Shown piece by piece: positions 46,712 through 57,179 of a DNA stretch of 64,000 bases. The position numbers and the translations under genes were made by a program. Source of the DNA: a virus. The DNA lies in the IMG/VR virus record IMGVR_UViG_3300001681_000071, positions 15,173 to 79,172 of that record, one strand, 5' to 3'. The notes under the pieces are model-generated. The model had not been told where the DNA came from. It ran no database searches and saw only the letters and a program-made list of their open reading frames with translations. Numbering within the stretch: the first letter of the stretch is position 1; each line of letters starts with the position of its first letter.

Positions 46712-47117
46712 CAGTAACGGCTCTATATATCCCTCTAACAGCCCAACACTTCATCGCATCATTAAAAAGACCAAAGGGTCGCTCAGTCTCATACATGTAT
46801 CCCTTCATGCTAATTCCAGTATGCGAAAGTCGTACACAATTAAGAGACTTGTATGCCAGGTCATAAACCGACTTGCTTTGAGAGGCAGAAATACGGCTAT
46901 ATGTGTATATCTGGATCTCAATATTCTGACTACACATGGCGTAATTGGCTCTACCGCTACGGTTTTCTATGATAATCAATGGCATCTTAACTGTAGGTAT
47001 ATCGTAATCCATGAAGTGATCAGTATAAATACGATCTTCCACAACAGAGTTTATGTTCGGATCAAGAAGCAATTGCATACGAATTAACTGGTCTACTATC
47101 TCTATCTCGTTTGACAT
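46704..47117 (-). CDS. tail terminator/completion protein
   Basis: VEDRIY..MPLIII..IQIYTYS pattern, size and position. Confidence 0.65.
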   Translation of the reverse strand: MSNEIEIVDQLIRMQLLLDPNINSVVEDRIYTDHFMDYDIPTVKMPLIIIENRSGRANYAMCSQNIEIQIYTYSRISASQSKSVYDLAYKSLNCVRLSHTGISMKGYMYETERPFGLFNDAMKCWAVRGIYRAVTVG

Positions 47118-47611
47118 TATCCCCTTCCCTGACGCTTAATATGCCGTATAAGAGTCTTTTCAAATACCGAAGCTAGCTTTTGTTGTACGACAGGTTTAGT
47201 GGCCTCTCCACGAACCGGATCACGCGCAACCATTATCTTGGTGCCTTCCCAAACATACAGCCTTGATTTCGGGATCCCAGAAGTAGGCCCAACCCGACCT
47301 TCTAATGTAAGACTGTTAACGTCAAAACCAAGATACTTTAGAAAAACACCCTTTCTTTTATGAACCATGTGTGGCTCTAAATTTCCGGGTAAAGGAAAGC
47401 CTCCAGCCCACTTTGTGGCGTATGGGTGGTTAAGATACCGTAGTCGCATTTCCGATATATCTGTTCTGGAAGACGCTTCAACCGAATACTGTAGAAGCCT
47501 TTTTGTTGTAGCCCTTAGAGCAAGAACAACAGCAAGATTTACACCTCTTTTAGACTTGCGAAGCTGATCACTTAGCCCCGATACATTTATTCTCAACTCT
47601 ATCTTCGGCAT
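47117..47611 (-). CDS. putative neck/tail completion protein (HK97 gp10-like)
   Basis: basic, EGTKIMVARD motif, position. Confidence 0.6.
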   Translation of the reverse strand: MPKIELRINVSGLSDQLRKSKRGVNLAVVLALRATTKRLLQYSVEASSRTDISEMRLRYLNHPYATKWAGGFPLPGNLEPHMVHKRKGVFLKYLGFDVNSLTLEGRVGPTSGIPKSRLYVWEGTKIMVARDPVRGEATKPVVQQKLASVFEKTLIRHIKRQGRG

Positions 47612-50522
47612 CTTCTATCTCAATTGGCTTTACAAAAAACGTACCCTTCTCATCTACTTCTATTCTATCATAAGGAAAATCAGGAAGGTCTTGTTCTATC
47701 GTCGGTCTGAATTCTCCGGTATCTATGATTGATTGAAGAGGAAATACTGACTCTAACTTCTCAATAAGTTCAAAACAGACTTTATGAAACGGGTGGCCTG
47801 GACCGAGCCTTTCAAATGTATGTTTAAACATCAGATTCGACTTCCTACCAAGATGGTAAGCATATTCTTTGTATGGCAAAAAGGCTGTTCCAGCACACAT
47901 ACAGGCTCTTTCATAACAAGTTTCTGCCTTAGCCATTTGACCATCATTCACACATTGAAGACCCAAAGCAACCCAAGACCCACAATCCAAGGGATTCTTC
48001 TTCAATTCATTGAACAACATTGAATTGTATTTTCCTAACTTGTGTGCCATATCTTTTGGTTTCCGCATTAGGCCGGTATTCACAGTGATAAACGGAGCAT
48101 ATTGAACATTGGGGAAAATCCCCATATCCATTAGTCTATTGAAAGCTTTTTCATACCCCTCATGCACTGAGCCTTCTACTTTTACAAGCCCAACATCATC
48201 CAATTTTACCATTCGTATCGTTTCGCTTCTTGACTCTTTCTTGTCTCCAGCATTTGTAGGATTGGTAAATCTAAACATCCATCCCCACACATCGTTAACC
48301 TCTGCCATCCGTTTGACAGCAGCAGTGAATGGAGGTTGATCTTGTGGCACAATCTCATCAGGGTCCATTGATAGTACCCATCCAATTGTGCCTTTGTTTG
48401 TTTGCCTAAAGTGATCTATAGCTGCATTCCTACACGCGCCAAGACCTCCTTCAATGACAGCAAGCTCTTTATGTATGACCTCCACCCTGAATAACCTCAT
48501 AAGTTGAGCCAAATTCCATGATGGGCCGGTCTTATACTTTTTGCTCCATTCTTCTTCTGTAGGCCAAGAAGCATGATTATCATCTTTAGCCCACTCCATA
48601 TCTTCCTCTTCCCACTTGCCTGTCCATACAAGAGCCAACCTATCGCAGATCCCGTAAAGCTCTATAAACCATCGTCCAATATGCGGGATTATCTCATCTT
48701 CATATGCCAACATGTACGCTGCAATACCGTTCCTTGGATTGTAAACAGAAACCGGGACATTCTCTTGCCTGACGATATGACTGTAATTCCCATCCAAGCC
48801 CACAAGCTTTGGGTTTTTTTCCTTGTCTAAATCTTGGTAGAATTTAAACTTGTCGGCTCGATCAACAGAACGAACATGAGATAAATGCCTCATTCTAATG
48901 CTTGTGTCGTACCTTTTTACCTTGCTGTGTTCTGGACAGTTTCCGCAATGCAAACCTATGTCAGTGCCAGCAAATACTTTCTGAGGGAACTTCTTAATAA
49001 CCCTCCAAATCCTTGGGCCAGCCATTGCAGACGTATAGCCATTTGCAAATGGATAATCTGTTCGGATTAGATTTGTGTTCTCCCAATGATTTAGGAATGA
49101 CACATTACCGCAAGTCTTATCTGGATCTGGGTGGTGGATGGTTCTCCTAAAGGTATATTTACTAATCCTGTCTTCTGGAACCTCATCGCCATCTACCGAA
49201 AAGATATAGTCAGCGTCCATTTCATGCGCTATCTGGTACGATAAATTGCGCTCATCTCTTTCGTTAAAGTCACCGCCCCAAGGAGCGCAACGAACCTTAA
49301 ATTCAGGGTTGTTGCTTTTAGCGATTCTTAAAATCCATTCTTCCAGCAGTTTGGCCCTGGCAGTAGAGTCTTGTTCTTCTTTACAGCTATCGAAAATCGC
49401 CTTGTTCTCATCGGATAGAGAGCCATACATTGGATTGTCGTATGAGGACAATGCGTCTGCCGGATTATTCGTAAGAACAAAAGATATGCCATCCACAAGC
49501 TGAGACACACGAGTAACGCTCATCTCCAATTGTATAAGTTCGTTTATATTCTTTATAGAAACTCTATATGCAGCAATTACATTCTTTTCACTTTGAGTGT
49601 ATTCTTCCCACTTGAGCATGTACCGGATTAGATTTTTTGTGCCGTGGTATTGACCAGGAAATATCTCTTTAAGGGTTTGATGCATCATGTGACCAATGAC
49701 AGTATGGAAAGACAAGGAAGAACGCCACCCCATCTCTTGGGCTCTTAGGCATAAATCATTGTCTTCATACCCACCAACCGGAAACGAAACATCATCGAAA
49801 GGACCATAATACTGGTTTTCAACCCCTGTATTCTGGGCAAGGTCTTCAGCACAATCACGCTTCAACATAATACAAAAGCCATAAACTATATTCTGTAGGA
49901 TGGTTCTATTGCCATGCAACTCCCTCCAATCTGTAGAAAACGCCTGTATGCCCAATCGAATTATTTCAGACTTCACCCACTCGAAGTCCCTTCCAAATAA
50001 ACCACTTTCCCCATATGCCCCAGGAGACAGTGGGCCTGTAATGCCAATCTTACCGATCTCTTCTACTGGAAATGGGGCCTTTTTTGTTTCTAAGAGAGAG
50101 TATGTGTAAACTTCTTTTGTTTCCAAAGAAGAAGCCAAACTCTCCATCCAACCGGGCGTTACATGCAGGTCGTCATTCGCAATAGTGATATATTCTGGAA
50201 TACCGTAGTTCTCTTTCGCGAATTCATACCCTTTGTTTACAGCGGCACCAAAACCAATTGGTTCGTCTGACCATACATATTCAATCGTTACGTTTTCCTT
50301 GGGACTCAATAATGCTTGTGCGCCAATTAGTCCTTTAAGGGCCTCTATGTTCTTCTTTGCGTCTTCCATCTTGTGTGGATTTACACTCACTACAAATAAT
50401 GTATTCGACTCAGAATATTTATAGAAAGCCCCAAATGTTCTCATTAGAGTGCTTTCTAAGGCCAATGTTGGAATGATAACCAAGTGTTTATATTGGTCTG
50501 ACATATTTGCCCCTGGCGTCAT
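47568..50522 (-). CDS. multidomain glycosyltransferase (three GT-A/GT2-like domains plus TPR)
   Basis: GFGAAVNKG..IANDD..GGYEDNDLCLR; DYIFSVDGDE..LHCGNCP; CRNAAI..WVLSMDPDE..VHE; TPR-like SWVALG..AETCYERA. Confidence 0.8.
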   Translation of the reverse strand: MTPGANMSDQYKHLVIIPTLALESTLMRTFGAFYKYSESNTLFVVSVNPHKMEDAKKNIEALKGLIGAQALLSPKENVTIEYVWSDEPIGFGAAVNKGYEFAKENYGIPEYITIANDDLHVTPGWMESLASSLETKEVYTYSLLETKKAPFPVEEIGKIGITGPLSPGAYGESGLFGRDFEWVKSEIIRLGIQAFSTDWRELHGNRTILQNIVYGFCIMLKRDCAEDLAQNTGVENQYYGPFDDVSFPVGGYEDNDLCLRAQEMGWRSSLSFHTVIGHMMHQTLKEIFPGQYHGTKNLIRYMLKWEEYTQSEKNVIAAYRVSIKNINELIQLEMSVTRVSQLVDGISFVLTNNPADALSSYDNPMYGSLSDENKAIFDSCKEEQDSTARAKLLEEWILRIAKSNNPEFKVRCAPWGGDFNERDERNLSYQIAHEMDADYIFSVDGDEVPEDRISKYTFRRTIHHPDPDKTCGNVSFLNHWENTNLIRTDYPFANGYTSAMAGPRIWRVIKKFPQKVFAGTDIGLHCGNCPEHSKVKRYDTSIRMRHLSHVRSVDRADKFKFYQDLDKEKNPKLVGLDGNYSHIVRQENVPVSVYNPRNGIAAYMLAYEDEIIPHIGRWFIELYGICDRLALVWTGKWEEEDMEWAKDDNHASWPTEEEWSKKYKTGPSWNLAQLMRLFRVEVIHKELAVIEGGLGACRNAAIDHFRQTNKGTIGWVLSMDPDEIVPQDQPPFTAAVKRMAEVNDVWGWMFRFTNPTNAGDKKESRSETIRMVKLDDVGLVKVEGSVHEGYEKAFNRLMDMGIFPNVQYAPFITVNTGLMRKPKDMAHKLGKYNSMLFNELKKNPLDCGSWVALGLQCVNDGQMAKAETCYERACMCAGTAFLPYKEYAYHLGRKSNLMFKHTFERLGPGHPFHKVCFELIEKLESVFPLQSIIDTGEFRPTIEQDLPDFPYDRIEVDEKGTFFVKPIEIEDAEDRVENKCIGAK

Positions 50523-50582
50523 GCGCTGTTTTAAGGTTCGATAATAACTTAATATGTATAATGTATAAGCACAAAAAAGTAA

Positions 50583-50951
50583 TTATGAAGTCTTGCGTAA
50601 TCTTCTGTTTTCTTTTTCTAATGATTCTATACGTGCCTTGAAAATAGCCAATTGTTCTTTCAGGTCCACCAATTGTTCTTGAAGCCTCATTCTGTCTTCA
50701 TAAATGCCTGTAATTTCACCACGAAGCCTCTGTATTTCTTCTCGCAAGTCATCTCTGTAAACCAATATCTCCGTGCGCTCTATGTCGATTTGTCTCTGTT
50801 TCAATCTAAGGCTATCTTTCCAAAAATCCCACGCCTTATTAGATCCAAGTGCTGCAACACAAGCCAATGCGACGGTTAAAATAGATTCGTTCTCCATTTC
50901 TCTATCACGTATTAGTGAGTGCCTGTTTTGCAAGATTGCGTAATCGTTCAT
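50583..50951 (-). CDS. membrane-anchored coiled-coil protein (holin-like)
   Basis: N-terminal TM then heptad repeats. Confidence 0.5.
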   Translation of the reverse strand: MNDYAILQNRHSLIRDREMENESILTVALACVAALGSNKAWDFWKDSLRLKQRQIDIERTEILVYRDDLREEIQRLRGEITGIYEDRMRLQEQLVDLKEQLAIFKARIESLEKENRRLRKTS

Positions 50952-51381
50952 TCTCTTTCATCTCGTTCATTATTGATAAACACTGCTCAACCTTTTTTGT
51001 CGTGCCGTCCAATTCTTCTTTAATAGATGAAGATACCTTCGATATATCCACAACAGCACTTATACTCTCAGACTGAGACAACGACATAATCTCCACATTA
51101 TTGTCCACCCCGTCTATTCTTGTTCCTATAGCCCTTATTTCAGTTGATATATTCGATCTTAAATCCAAACTATCTTTATTTAGCCCTTCAATCACCTCGT
51201 CATATCGGTTCCGCATGTCGGTAACGTCTTCTTTATACTCCTTTCTAATCTCAACCAATTGCTTCTGAAAACTCTCAACCAATAAATCCATCCTCTTTTG
51301 CATAGAGGTATACAACCAGATTAAAAAAGCCGCAAAGACACCAAGCGAGCCGTGGTCTAATAGTAAATCCATTATTTCCAT
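50905..51381 (-). CDS. membrane-anchored coiled-coil protein (BhlA/UviB holin-like)
   Basis: GSLGVFAAFLIWLY TM followed by coiled coil. Confidence 0.5.
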   Translation of the reverse strand: MEIMDLLLDHGSLGVFAAFLIWLYTSMQKRMDLLVESFQKQLVEIRKEYKEDVTDMRNRYDEVIEGLNKDSLDLRSNISTEIRAIGTRIDGVDNNVEIMSLSQSESISAVVDISKVSSSIKEELDGTTKKVEQCLSIMNEMKENERLRNLAKQALTNT

Positions 51382-51447
51382 ACGATACCCACAAACAAAT
51401 AAATTATACCAGCTTATCTATAGTGGGATTAGCCACATATAGATAAA

Positions 51448-52077
51448 TTATCTCATCTCCATAATAATTCGCCAGTAGTTTTCGTACCCAACAGAGTATT
51501 GAATGTACTGAACACCAAGCACGAAATACTTTTCATTTGTGTCTGCATCAACAATAAAATCTGATACGGCTGGAGTAAAAGATTCATCATAAGCCATAAA
51601 AATAAGGGGTTTCTCCGTCTGGAAAGAGCCAAAAGAGTCAACCCGATAGTCTTGTGTGCTTATAGAATTACCAAGGGGCCGGTTTATAAAACAAGGCCAA
51701 CCAGAAACAACAGCATATTCGCTACTTGCAGAGCCACCGCCCTTTCCAAAATACTTCACTTCAATAGTAGATCCGGACGATACAAGCGTTGCATCACAAG
51801 CAATACTGGTGACAGTATCAAAGTCTTTTACTGTAATGCCAAGAGAGGAAGAAGAAAAGGATATGGTGTCCGTTATACCAGACAAATTCTTGGTCCCGTT
51901 AACAGTTAGAACCCCTGTAGAGGCTTGATTTAGTTTGACCTGTACCACAGAGGAATTGCTTGGATTCCTTGTCACCGAAATAGAAGAGGCAGCAGCCTGA
52001 ACATCAAAAAGAAGCTGAGTTTGACGGGTAATATCTACCCTGTTTCTCAATACACTCATCATCATGGCAACCTCCAA
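51448..52077 (-). CDS. putative head closure protein
   Basis: position after connector; SDFIVD..KYFVLGV C-terminal pattern. Confidence 0.5.
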   Translation of the reverse strand: MEVAMMMSVLRNRVDITRQTQLLFDVQAAASSISVTRNPSNSSVVQVKLNQASTGVLTVNGTKNLSGITDTISFSSSSLGITVKDFDTVTSIACDATLVSSGSTIEVKYFGKGGGSASSEYAVVSGWPCFINRPLGNSISTQDYRVDSFGSFQTEKPLIFMAYDESFTPAVSDFIVDADTNEKYFVLGVQYIQYSVGYENYWRIIMEMR

Positions 52078-52083
52078 TCATAG

Positions 52084-52854
52084 TCATCTACCAAATACTA
52101 TAACTTCAGGAGATTTAGTTATCCTTCTCCTTTTGCGAGTTCTTGATGCGCCATAAGCAATTTGCGCTTCATTGGCGTTGGGTATCTTTTCCGGCTTTTG
52201 TGGCTTTACCTCTTCCAACTGCACGATAGTTGGCTTTCTCTTGTTATTTACATCTACAACGATACGACGCTTAGTCCCTGCTCTTTTAACGCTTACACCA
52301 AGCTCGCCAATTAGATATTCAGCCAAAGAAGAAGAGATATTTGAAGCAGTAGAGTCTGTTAACTGACCGTCAGTAAAGCGAATTTGAGTCTCTACTTTAT
52401 CTATAAGATTGTTTTGTAAAACAACATCCAATGACCGCTGTAAAAAACACAAATTATCATAGACTTGCTTTTTCATGCGCTTTTCACACGATGGATATAC
52501 AAGTATTGTCTCCAACCCCATAAATTCCGAGCATCTAACAACGGTATCTATAAACCGTGACGCCCAAAGTCGGTCCACACCGCACAATATCTCGTTCAAA
52601 CCAGAGCAAATAACACAGTATGTCTTATCAAACTGCTTAGAAAAATGCTCTATCTGGCTCATGCAAGACATAAGCCGAGAATATATACTCTTCAAATCCT
52701 TGCAGTGAACCACATAAACATACGGCTCTATGCTTCCGTCTGTCTTCTCCGCTATGGTGTTCACAATCTCATGGTCAATCGGCACAGCGTTTCTTGGGAA
52801 AGACCCATATCTGTCTGATACATATACAATACCTATTTTCATTTTAGTAACCAC
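52084..52854 (-). CDS. hypothetical protein
   Basis: 256 aa; weak SGNH-like SGLNE block; basic tail. Confidence 0.5.
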   Translation of the reverse strand: MVTKMKIGIVYVSDRYGSFPRNAVPIDHEIVNTIAEKTDGSIEPYVYVVHCKDLKSIYSRLMSCMSQIEHFSKQFDKTYCVICSGLNEILCGVDRLWASRFIDTVVRCSEFMGLETILVYPSCEKRMKKQVYDNLCFLQRSLDVVLQNNLIDKVETQIRFTDGQLTDSTASNISSSLAEYLIGELGVSVKRAGTKRRIVVDVNNKRKPTIVQLEEVKPQKPEKIPNANEAQIAYGASRTRKRRRITKSPEVIVFGR

Positions 52855-53026
52855 ACCTGATTTTCGAGTTTAAGATACCAATCTATTGTTTCTTTGGGCA
52901 ATAGTTCTTCTGGATGCCCACCAAACTTATACCAAGAGCATATCGGAAGGTATGCCCAGACCTGGACAAGTAGTTGCTACTGGATAGTACACCATACTAA
53001 CTCAAAAGAGGTAATGTGTAAAAAGA

Positions 53027-53374
53027 CTATCTGTTTGAATGGCTTTTCTTCGTATAAGAACTTTTAGTAGACAGCTTTTTGTTGGCTACTTTCTTAGCTG
53101 CTGCTTTTATCGTTGCCTGTGACGGTGTTGCAGTCGGTGTTGCCTTTACCATTGTTCGTGGAGGCGTCTTCTTAACGGCAGTTGTTGGCCTGACAGGGGT
53201 ATACTCTTTGAACTTTAAACGTCTGGTAACGAACGTGTAGACATTAACGTCATCAGTAGAGCATACCAAAAATCCATTATCAATAGTGCATTGTATCACT
53301 ACGCCCATAGGAAGTATCCATTGGGTTCTACCACCATGGTATCTCTTTTTAAGATGATAAGTCATTCTATCCAC
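53027..53374 (-). CDS. hypothetical basic protein
   Basis: Lys/Thr/Ala-rich tail. Confidence 0.55.
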   Translation of the reverse strand: MDRMTYHLKKRYHGGRTQWILPMGVVIQCTIDNGFLVCSTDDVNVYTFVTRRLKFKEYTPVRPTTAVKKTPPRTMVKATPTATPSQATIKAAAKKVANKKLSTKSSYTKKSHSNR

Positions 53375-53948
53375 CCAATCCTCTAGCGAATACTCGCCTA
53401 TGTTTATTTAAAATGCGTTGCGCTATTAAAGGTATGGTGCTTCCGGTGGCCCCGTCAAATTTCACCATGTAATCCCCAATCCTTTGCTCCTTAATACCCG
53501 CAGAAGACTGTTGATTGAAGAGACTTGTCGCTATTAGATTGCCAGCATAAATAACATCTTCTGGAACCGAAGAAAAACCAGCGGTGTAATCCACTTCTAC
53601 AATACCGCGACCAGTTGAAAAGAGAGCGGAAAGGGGCTTCAACTTTATTATGCCAAGACCTGAATCAAGCTCATATCCAGTAGCCGACATTAGCGAACCA
53701 GAGATTGTTAGAGCGGTAATGGATGCAACAGGTCTGTACGTCAAGGCCACCTCGCTCATTCCACCCGCAGTTACATCTATCTTTTCAGAATAAGCAATCA
53801 CACCAGAAGAAGTTAAGCCCAATTCATCCAACACCATCTGTTCCACAGCACCCTGCAAATCTTCTATGGCAGCATCATTCCTTGTGACGACAGTTGGTAT
53901 CCCCATCATGCGTTTAATGCGGTCTTTATCGGTGAAGACGTATGGCAT
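53367..53948 (-). CDS. head-tail connector/adaptor protein
   Basis: RPVASIT, VEVDYTAGF..VPEDV, IGDYMVKF, ILNKHRR. Confidence 0.8.
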   Translation of the reverse strand: MPYVFTDKDRIKRMMGIPTVVTRNDAAIEDLQGAVEQMVLDELGLTSSGVIAYSEKIDVTAGGMSEVALTYRPVASITALTISGSLMSATGYELDSGLGIIKLKPLSALFSTGRGIVEVDYTAGFSSVPEDVIYAGNLIATSLFNQQSSAGIKEQRIGDYMVKFDGATGSTIPLIAQRILNKHRRVFARGLGG

Positions 53949-53954
53949 TATTCA

Positions 53955-54251
53955 TTAGTCCTTTGTTTGACTTTTCCGTGGTCTTCCTGGCTTTCTCTTA
54001 TTCAAGATTGACCTGAAAACGTCTTTCGTCGCTTCTGTCCATCCTAATTTAGACGCCCTTTCTACAGCGGATTTATTTTTAAGAAAGATTGTTGCTGCCA
54101 TTACCCCATCAACACTGATTGGTTGGCTGTGACAACTATCTGTATAACAATAAAACGACTGACCAACCTGTGGGTCAATGTCATACCTTCGCATCGCAAA
54201 CTTGAAATTGTCTTTAAGGAACTTTGGGTCCGTGCCGAGTGCAGTCGTCAT
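53955..54251 (-). CDS. hypothetical protein
   Basis: 98 aa, AT-hook-like KPGRPRK tail; GAGGTG RBS. Confidence 0.6.
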   Translation of the reverse strand: MTTALGTDPKFLKDNFKFAMRRYDIDPQVGQSFYCYTDSCHSQPISVDGVMAATIFLKNKSAVERASKLGWTEATKDVFRSILNKRKPGRPRKSQTKD

Positions 54252-54285
54252 TTATTCACCTCTGTAATTATTTTACACTGTATCA

Positions 54286-54317
54286 AATAAAAAAGGGGGC
54301 CGCAAATGCAGCCCCCC
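54286..54317 (-). terminator. rho-independent terminator after capsid gene
   Basis: GGGGGC-TGCATTTGCG-GCCCCC stem followed by TTTTTTATTT on - strand. Confidence 0.8.
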
Positions 54318-54352
54318 AACATAGTGTTCCGATTATCTGAAACTTAGGTTGA

Positions 54353-55351
54353 TTACAAGACGTTCGTAAGCATAGAAGCACCGAATGTATTTGAGATGCA
54401 AAGAGCCCCATCCCAAAACATATCGAACTTATCAAACTGACTGTCAGTCTTAGCCAATGGCATAACTGTCATTGGGGTAAGCTCACTTATATAGGCGTAT
54501 CTCTTGTTAAGGACCAAGATAGACGTTCCAGTTCCACTAGTATAAGACTGAATGAGGGCACCAGCAGGGTTCAGTGCAATGGTATCTGGAATTGCAGTAG
54601 AGCCAACAATAGGAATTCCATCATAAGTTCTTACACGAAATCCAGCAGCAATTTCAGTCTCGTTAACAAACTGTTGTGTCGCTTGAAGAGCCCCATTGAT
54701 AGATCGAAGTCCTTTAAGCGACCCACAAATCACCAAGTCACTACGCCTACCAGAACCCTTGACAGCATCAATAGCTCTATCCAAGTTCGAGAGGTTTAGA
54801 GCAGCAGGTGTAGCGCCAGTGTTATTGTTGATCAATTGGGCACCTTGGATCTGTGTCATAAATCCATTGATTGCCTGGGTGGTATCTATGTTGGCAGAGG
54901 CAGCAGCATTTCCTTGACCCAGAACCAGCGCTTTTTCCATGGCGTTAGCAAAATCTTCTGCCTTCATTGCCATTTCAAGAGCCAAAATATCGGTATAGCT
55001 CCGACCAGTGGCTTGAATTTTGCGGGTAACGTTACCTTGTGTGACCAACGTTTTATAGTCGAAGTTAATTTGAGCGTATTCACCAACTTCATCATAGGTG
55101 CTAGAAGCAGTAGTGTCCAAGACCCACGCCCCACCAGATTGTCCGGCAGTTCGTTGATTGATATACTCTGCATTACCAGTGCCACGACGACGATCAAGAA
55201 CAGCCTGAAGGCCGAACTCGCGAAGCGTTAGCTGCTGAACAGTGCGGTTAATAAATTTCTGAAGGAGTGTTGTTCCGTCAGAACTAACTGTAATTTGAGT
55301 CGCCCGTTCAAATGCTTGACGGGTTGCCTCAGTAGGTGACCATTGTGACAT
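54353..55351 (-). CDS. major capsid protein (HK97 fold)
   Basis: 332 aa after protease; EKALVLG, INGFMTQI, LDRAID, TYDGIPI, PLAKTD; followed by terminator. Confidence 0.85.
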   Translation of the reverse strand: MSQWSPTEATRQAFERATQITVSSDGTTLLQKFINRTVQQLTLREFGLQAVLDRRRGTGNAEYINQRTAGQSGGAWVLDTTASSTYDEVGEYAQINFDYKTLVTQGNVTRKIQATGRSYTDILALEMAMKAEDFANAMEKALVLGQGNAAASANIDTTQAINGFMTQIQGAQLINNNTGATPAALNLSNLDRAIDAVKGSGRRSDLVICGSLKGLRSINGALQATQQFVNETEIAAGFRVRTYDGIPIVGSTAIPDTIALNPAGALIQSYTSGTGTSILVLNKRYAYISELTPMTVMPLAKTDSQFDKFDMFWDGALCISNTFGASMLTNVL

Positions 55352-55361
55352 TGTATTCCCC

Positions 55362-57179
55362 TTAGTTCCAGCTCATTTGTTTAGTAGATAGCAAACCGTC
55401 AGCTTCTGCGGAACGAAGTCCAGCACCGAGTAGGTCTACAAGTTTTGAGTGCGATACTTGCTTTTCTCCAAGCAACTGTTCAACGTTCTCTTCGATTACA
55501 GTAGCCAGAGCCGTGCTACCACTTTTCCGAGCAGCGTCAATACTGCGGCTAAATTCATGCCGAGCCAGAGGGCCAGAGCCAATATGTCGAGAATGAATTC
55601 CAGTGCGTACTGGTTCCGACATAAGCTTTGTTATCATTCCTTCCGCTTTTGAAAGCCGATCACGCAACATAGTTACATCTTCGGGTTCTTTGATTTCAGT
55701 TTTCTCAGGCTCACTTGGGGCCTCTGTCGATGCAGATGCCTTTGGTAGAGCTTCAAGAACTGATCGAGTAACGATTTCAGCAATCGCCTTCATTTCATTT
55801 TCAGTCATGTCTTCTCCATGTCTGGTTCTGCTATCGACATTTTCATTCTCAGCAGAAGATTTAGTGTTTGGGTTATTTTCCGTATCGGAAATTGATTTAA
55901 GTTCTGGTGCGTCCTTGCCAAATTTTTCATAGTATTTAACAAGGTGGGCGTGTGCTTTTGGTTTCTCGTTGTCGGGCATATCTACACCGCCCCTGGCTCC
56001 ATTTAAAGCAGCCATAGCCGCAACGACACCACGAAATACAACCCTAAGTTCCCCATTTATCATTCTGGCAAATGGAAGTTTATAGGCTGACTTGGAGTCC
56101 TGTGCTTTCTCCGGATCTAAATAAAGATGGGCTCTCTTATAACGGTCCCAATTATCCAACCCTTTCCCCAAGACCTCATCTTGCGCTGTAGTGTTCCAAT
56201 CCCACGGAACATCTTCCGCAGCGAGTGGCAAATCAGCAAACCCCGTAATCGTTCTCTCTTCGGTGCTGGCTTCTACTGACTTCTCTTCCTTAGACACTTT
56301 AAGAGTGGCATATTCTTCTTCAAGAAGATCAAACGCTTTTTTCAGCTTTGCATGTTCTTCTTTCAAGCTGTAATATTCGTTGTCTTCTTCATCTTTTGCT
56401 CTCTCGATGACCTCGACAACTTCCTCTGTCTTATCAAGAACAGTTGTTTCTACAGTTTTAGGCATAACCTCATCATCCCCCGTGTTGTTTTTGATAGCTT
56501 GATCAATAATACTACGTATTGACATATTAGCCAATCCACTACTGTCGGGATTTGCAGGGGCTCTTGTAATTGCAACATGGTCAAGGGTTACATCTTGGAT
56601 AATAATGCGCTCTATCTCGCCACCTTCATTTTCCAAGACCGTTATATCTTCAAACCAACCACCAATAGACTGACCAATTGGCTCGCCACGATCAAGGCGT
56701 TTTACTAATTCCTTAGAACGCTTGTCATCTGCGTACAATTGGGAACGAACAACTAAAACAAAGTTATCGCTTCCTTTTCCCTTTTTAACTGCCTCGGCCC
56801 TAATCTCTGCATCTATTGTGCGTCCAATTACCTCATCCCATTCCGCTATTCCTCCAGACGCAAAACTATTGTGTCTCGGAAGGATTGGGATACCCGCTTT
56901 AATTTGGTTACACATATTATTTAGGGCACCAATTGACATTTCAGTTCCATAATGGTCAACAGAAGTGCTACTTGCTATGCCTTCGATAGCGTAAACCGTA
57001 CCAACATTGCCGACATTACCAACGTCTATCTCGGAATCTGCGAATGAATTAAGTTGTTTTATATGATAGTTCGTCCTAAATCTTCCTTTAAGTCTATGAA
57101 CGGTTCCCCCGTTCACATCTGTCTTAGAAGATTGACAAACAAAACCGTCAAACGCCTCTTCATTTTTGTTATTTTTCAT
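55362..57179 (-). CDS. prohead protease fused to extra domain and scaffold-like region
   Basis: IEGIASSTSVD, H, GQSIGG, LDHVAITRAPANP; coiled coils. Confidence 0.85.
   Translation of the reverse strand: MKNNKNEEAFDGFVCQSSKTDVNGGTVHRLKGRFRTNYHIKQLNSFADSEIDVGNVGNVGTVYAIEGIASSTSVDHYGTEMSIGALNNMCNQIKAGIPILPRHNSFASGGIAEWDEVIGRTIDAEIRAEAVKKGKGSDNFVLVVRSQLYADDKRSKELVKRLDRGEPIGQSIGGWFEDITVLENEGGEIERIIIQDVTLDHVAITRAPANPDSSGLANMSIRSIIDQAIKNNTGDDEVMPKTVETTVLDKTEEVVEVIERAKDEEDNEYYSLKEEHAKLKKAFDLLEEEYATLKVSKEEKSVEASTEERTITGFADLPLAAEDVPWDWNTTAQDEVLGKGLDNWDRYKRAHLYLDPEKAQDSKSAYKLPFARMINGELRVVFRGVVAAMAALNGARGGVDMPDNEKPKAHAHLVKYYEKFGKDAPELKSISDTENNPNTKSSAENENVDSRTRHGEDMTENEMKAIAEIVTRSVLEALPKASASTEAPSEPEKTEIKEPEDVTMLRDRLSKAEGMITKLMSEPVRTGIHSRHIGSGPLARHEFSRSIDAARKSGSTALATVIEENVEQLLGEKQVSHSKLVDLLGAGLRSAEADGLLSTKQMSWN

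Noticed and set aside
52084-52854. SGNH/GDSL esterase call
   Set aside because: Only a weak GxN-like block; catalytic GDS and DxxH motifs are not evident.
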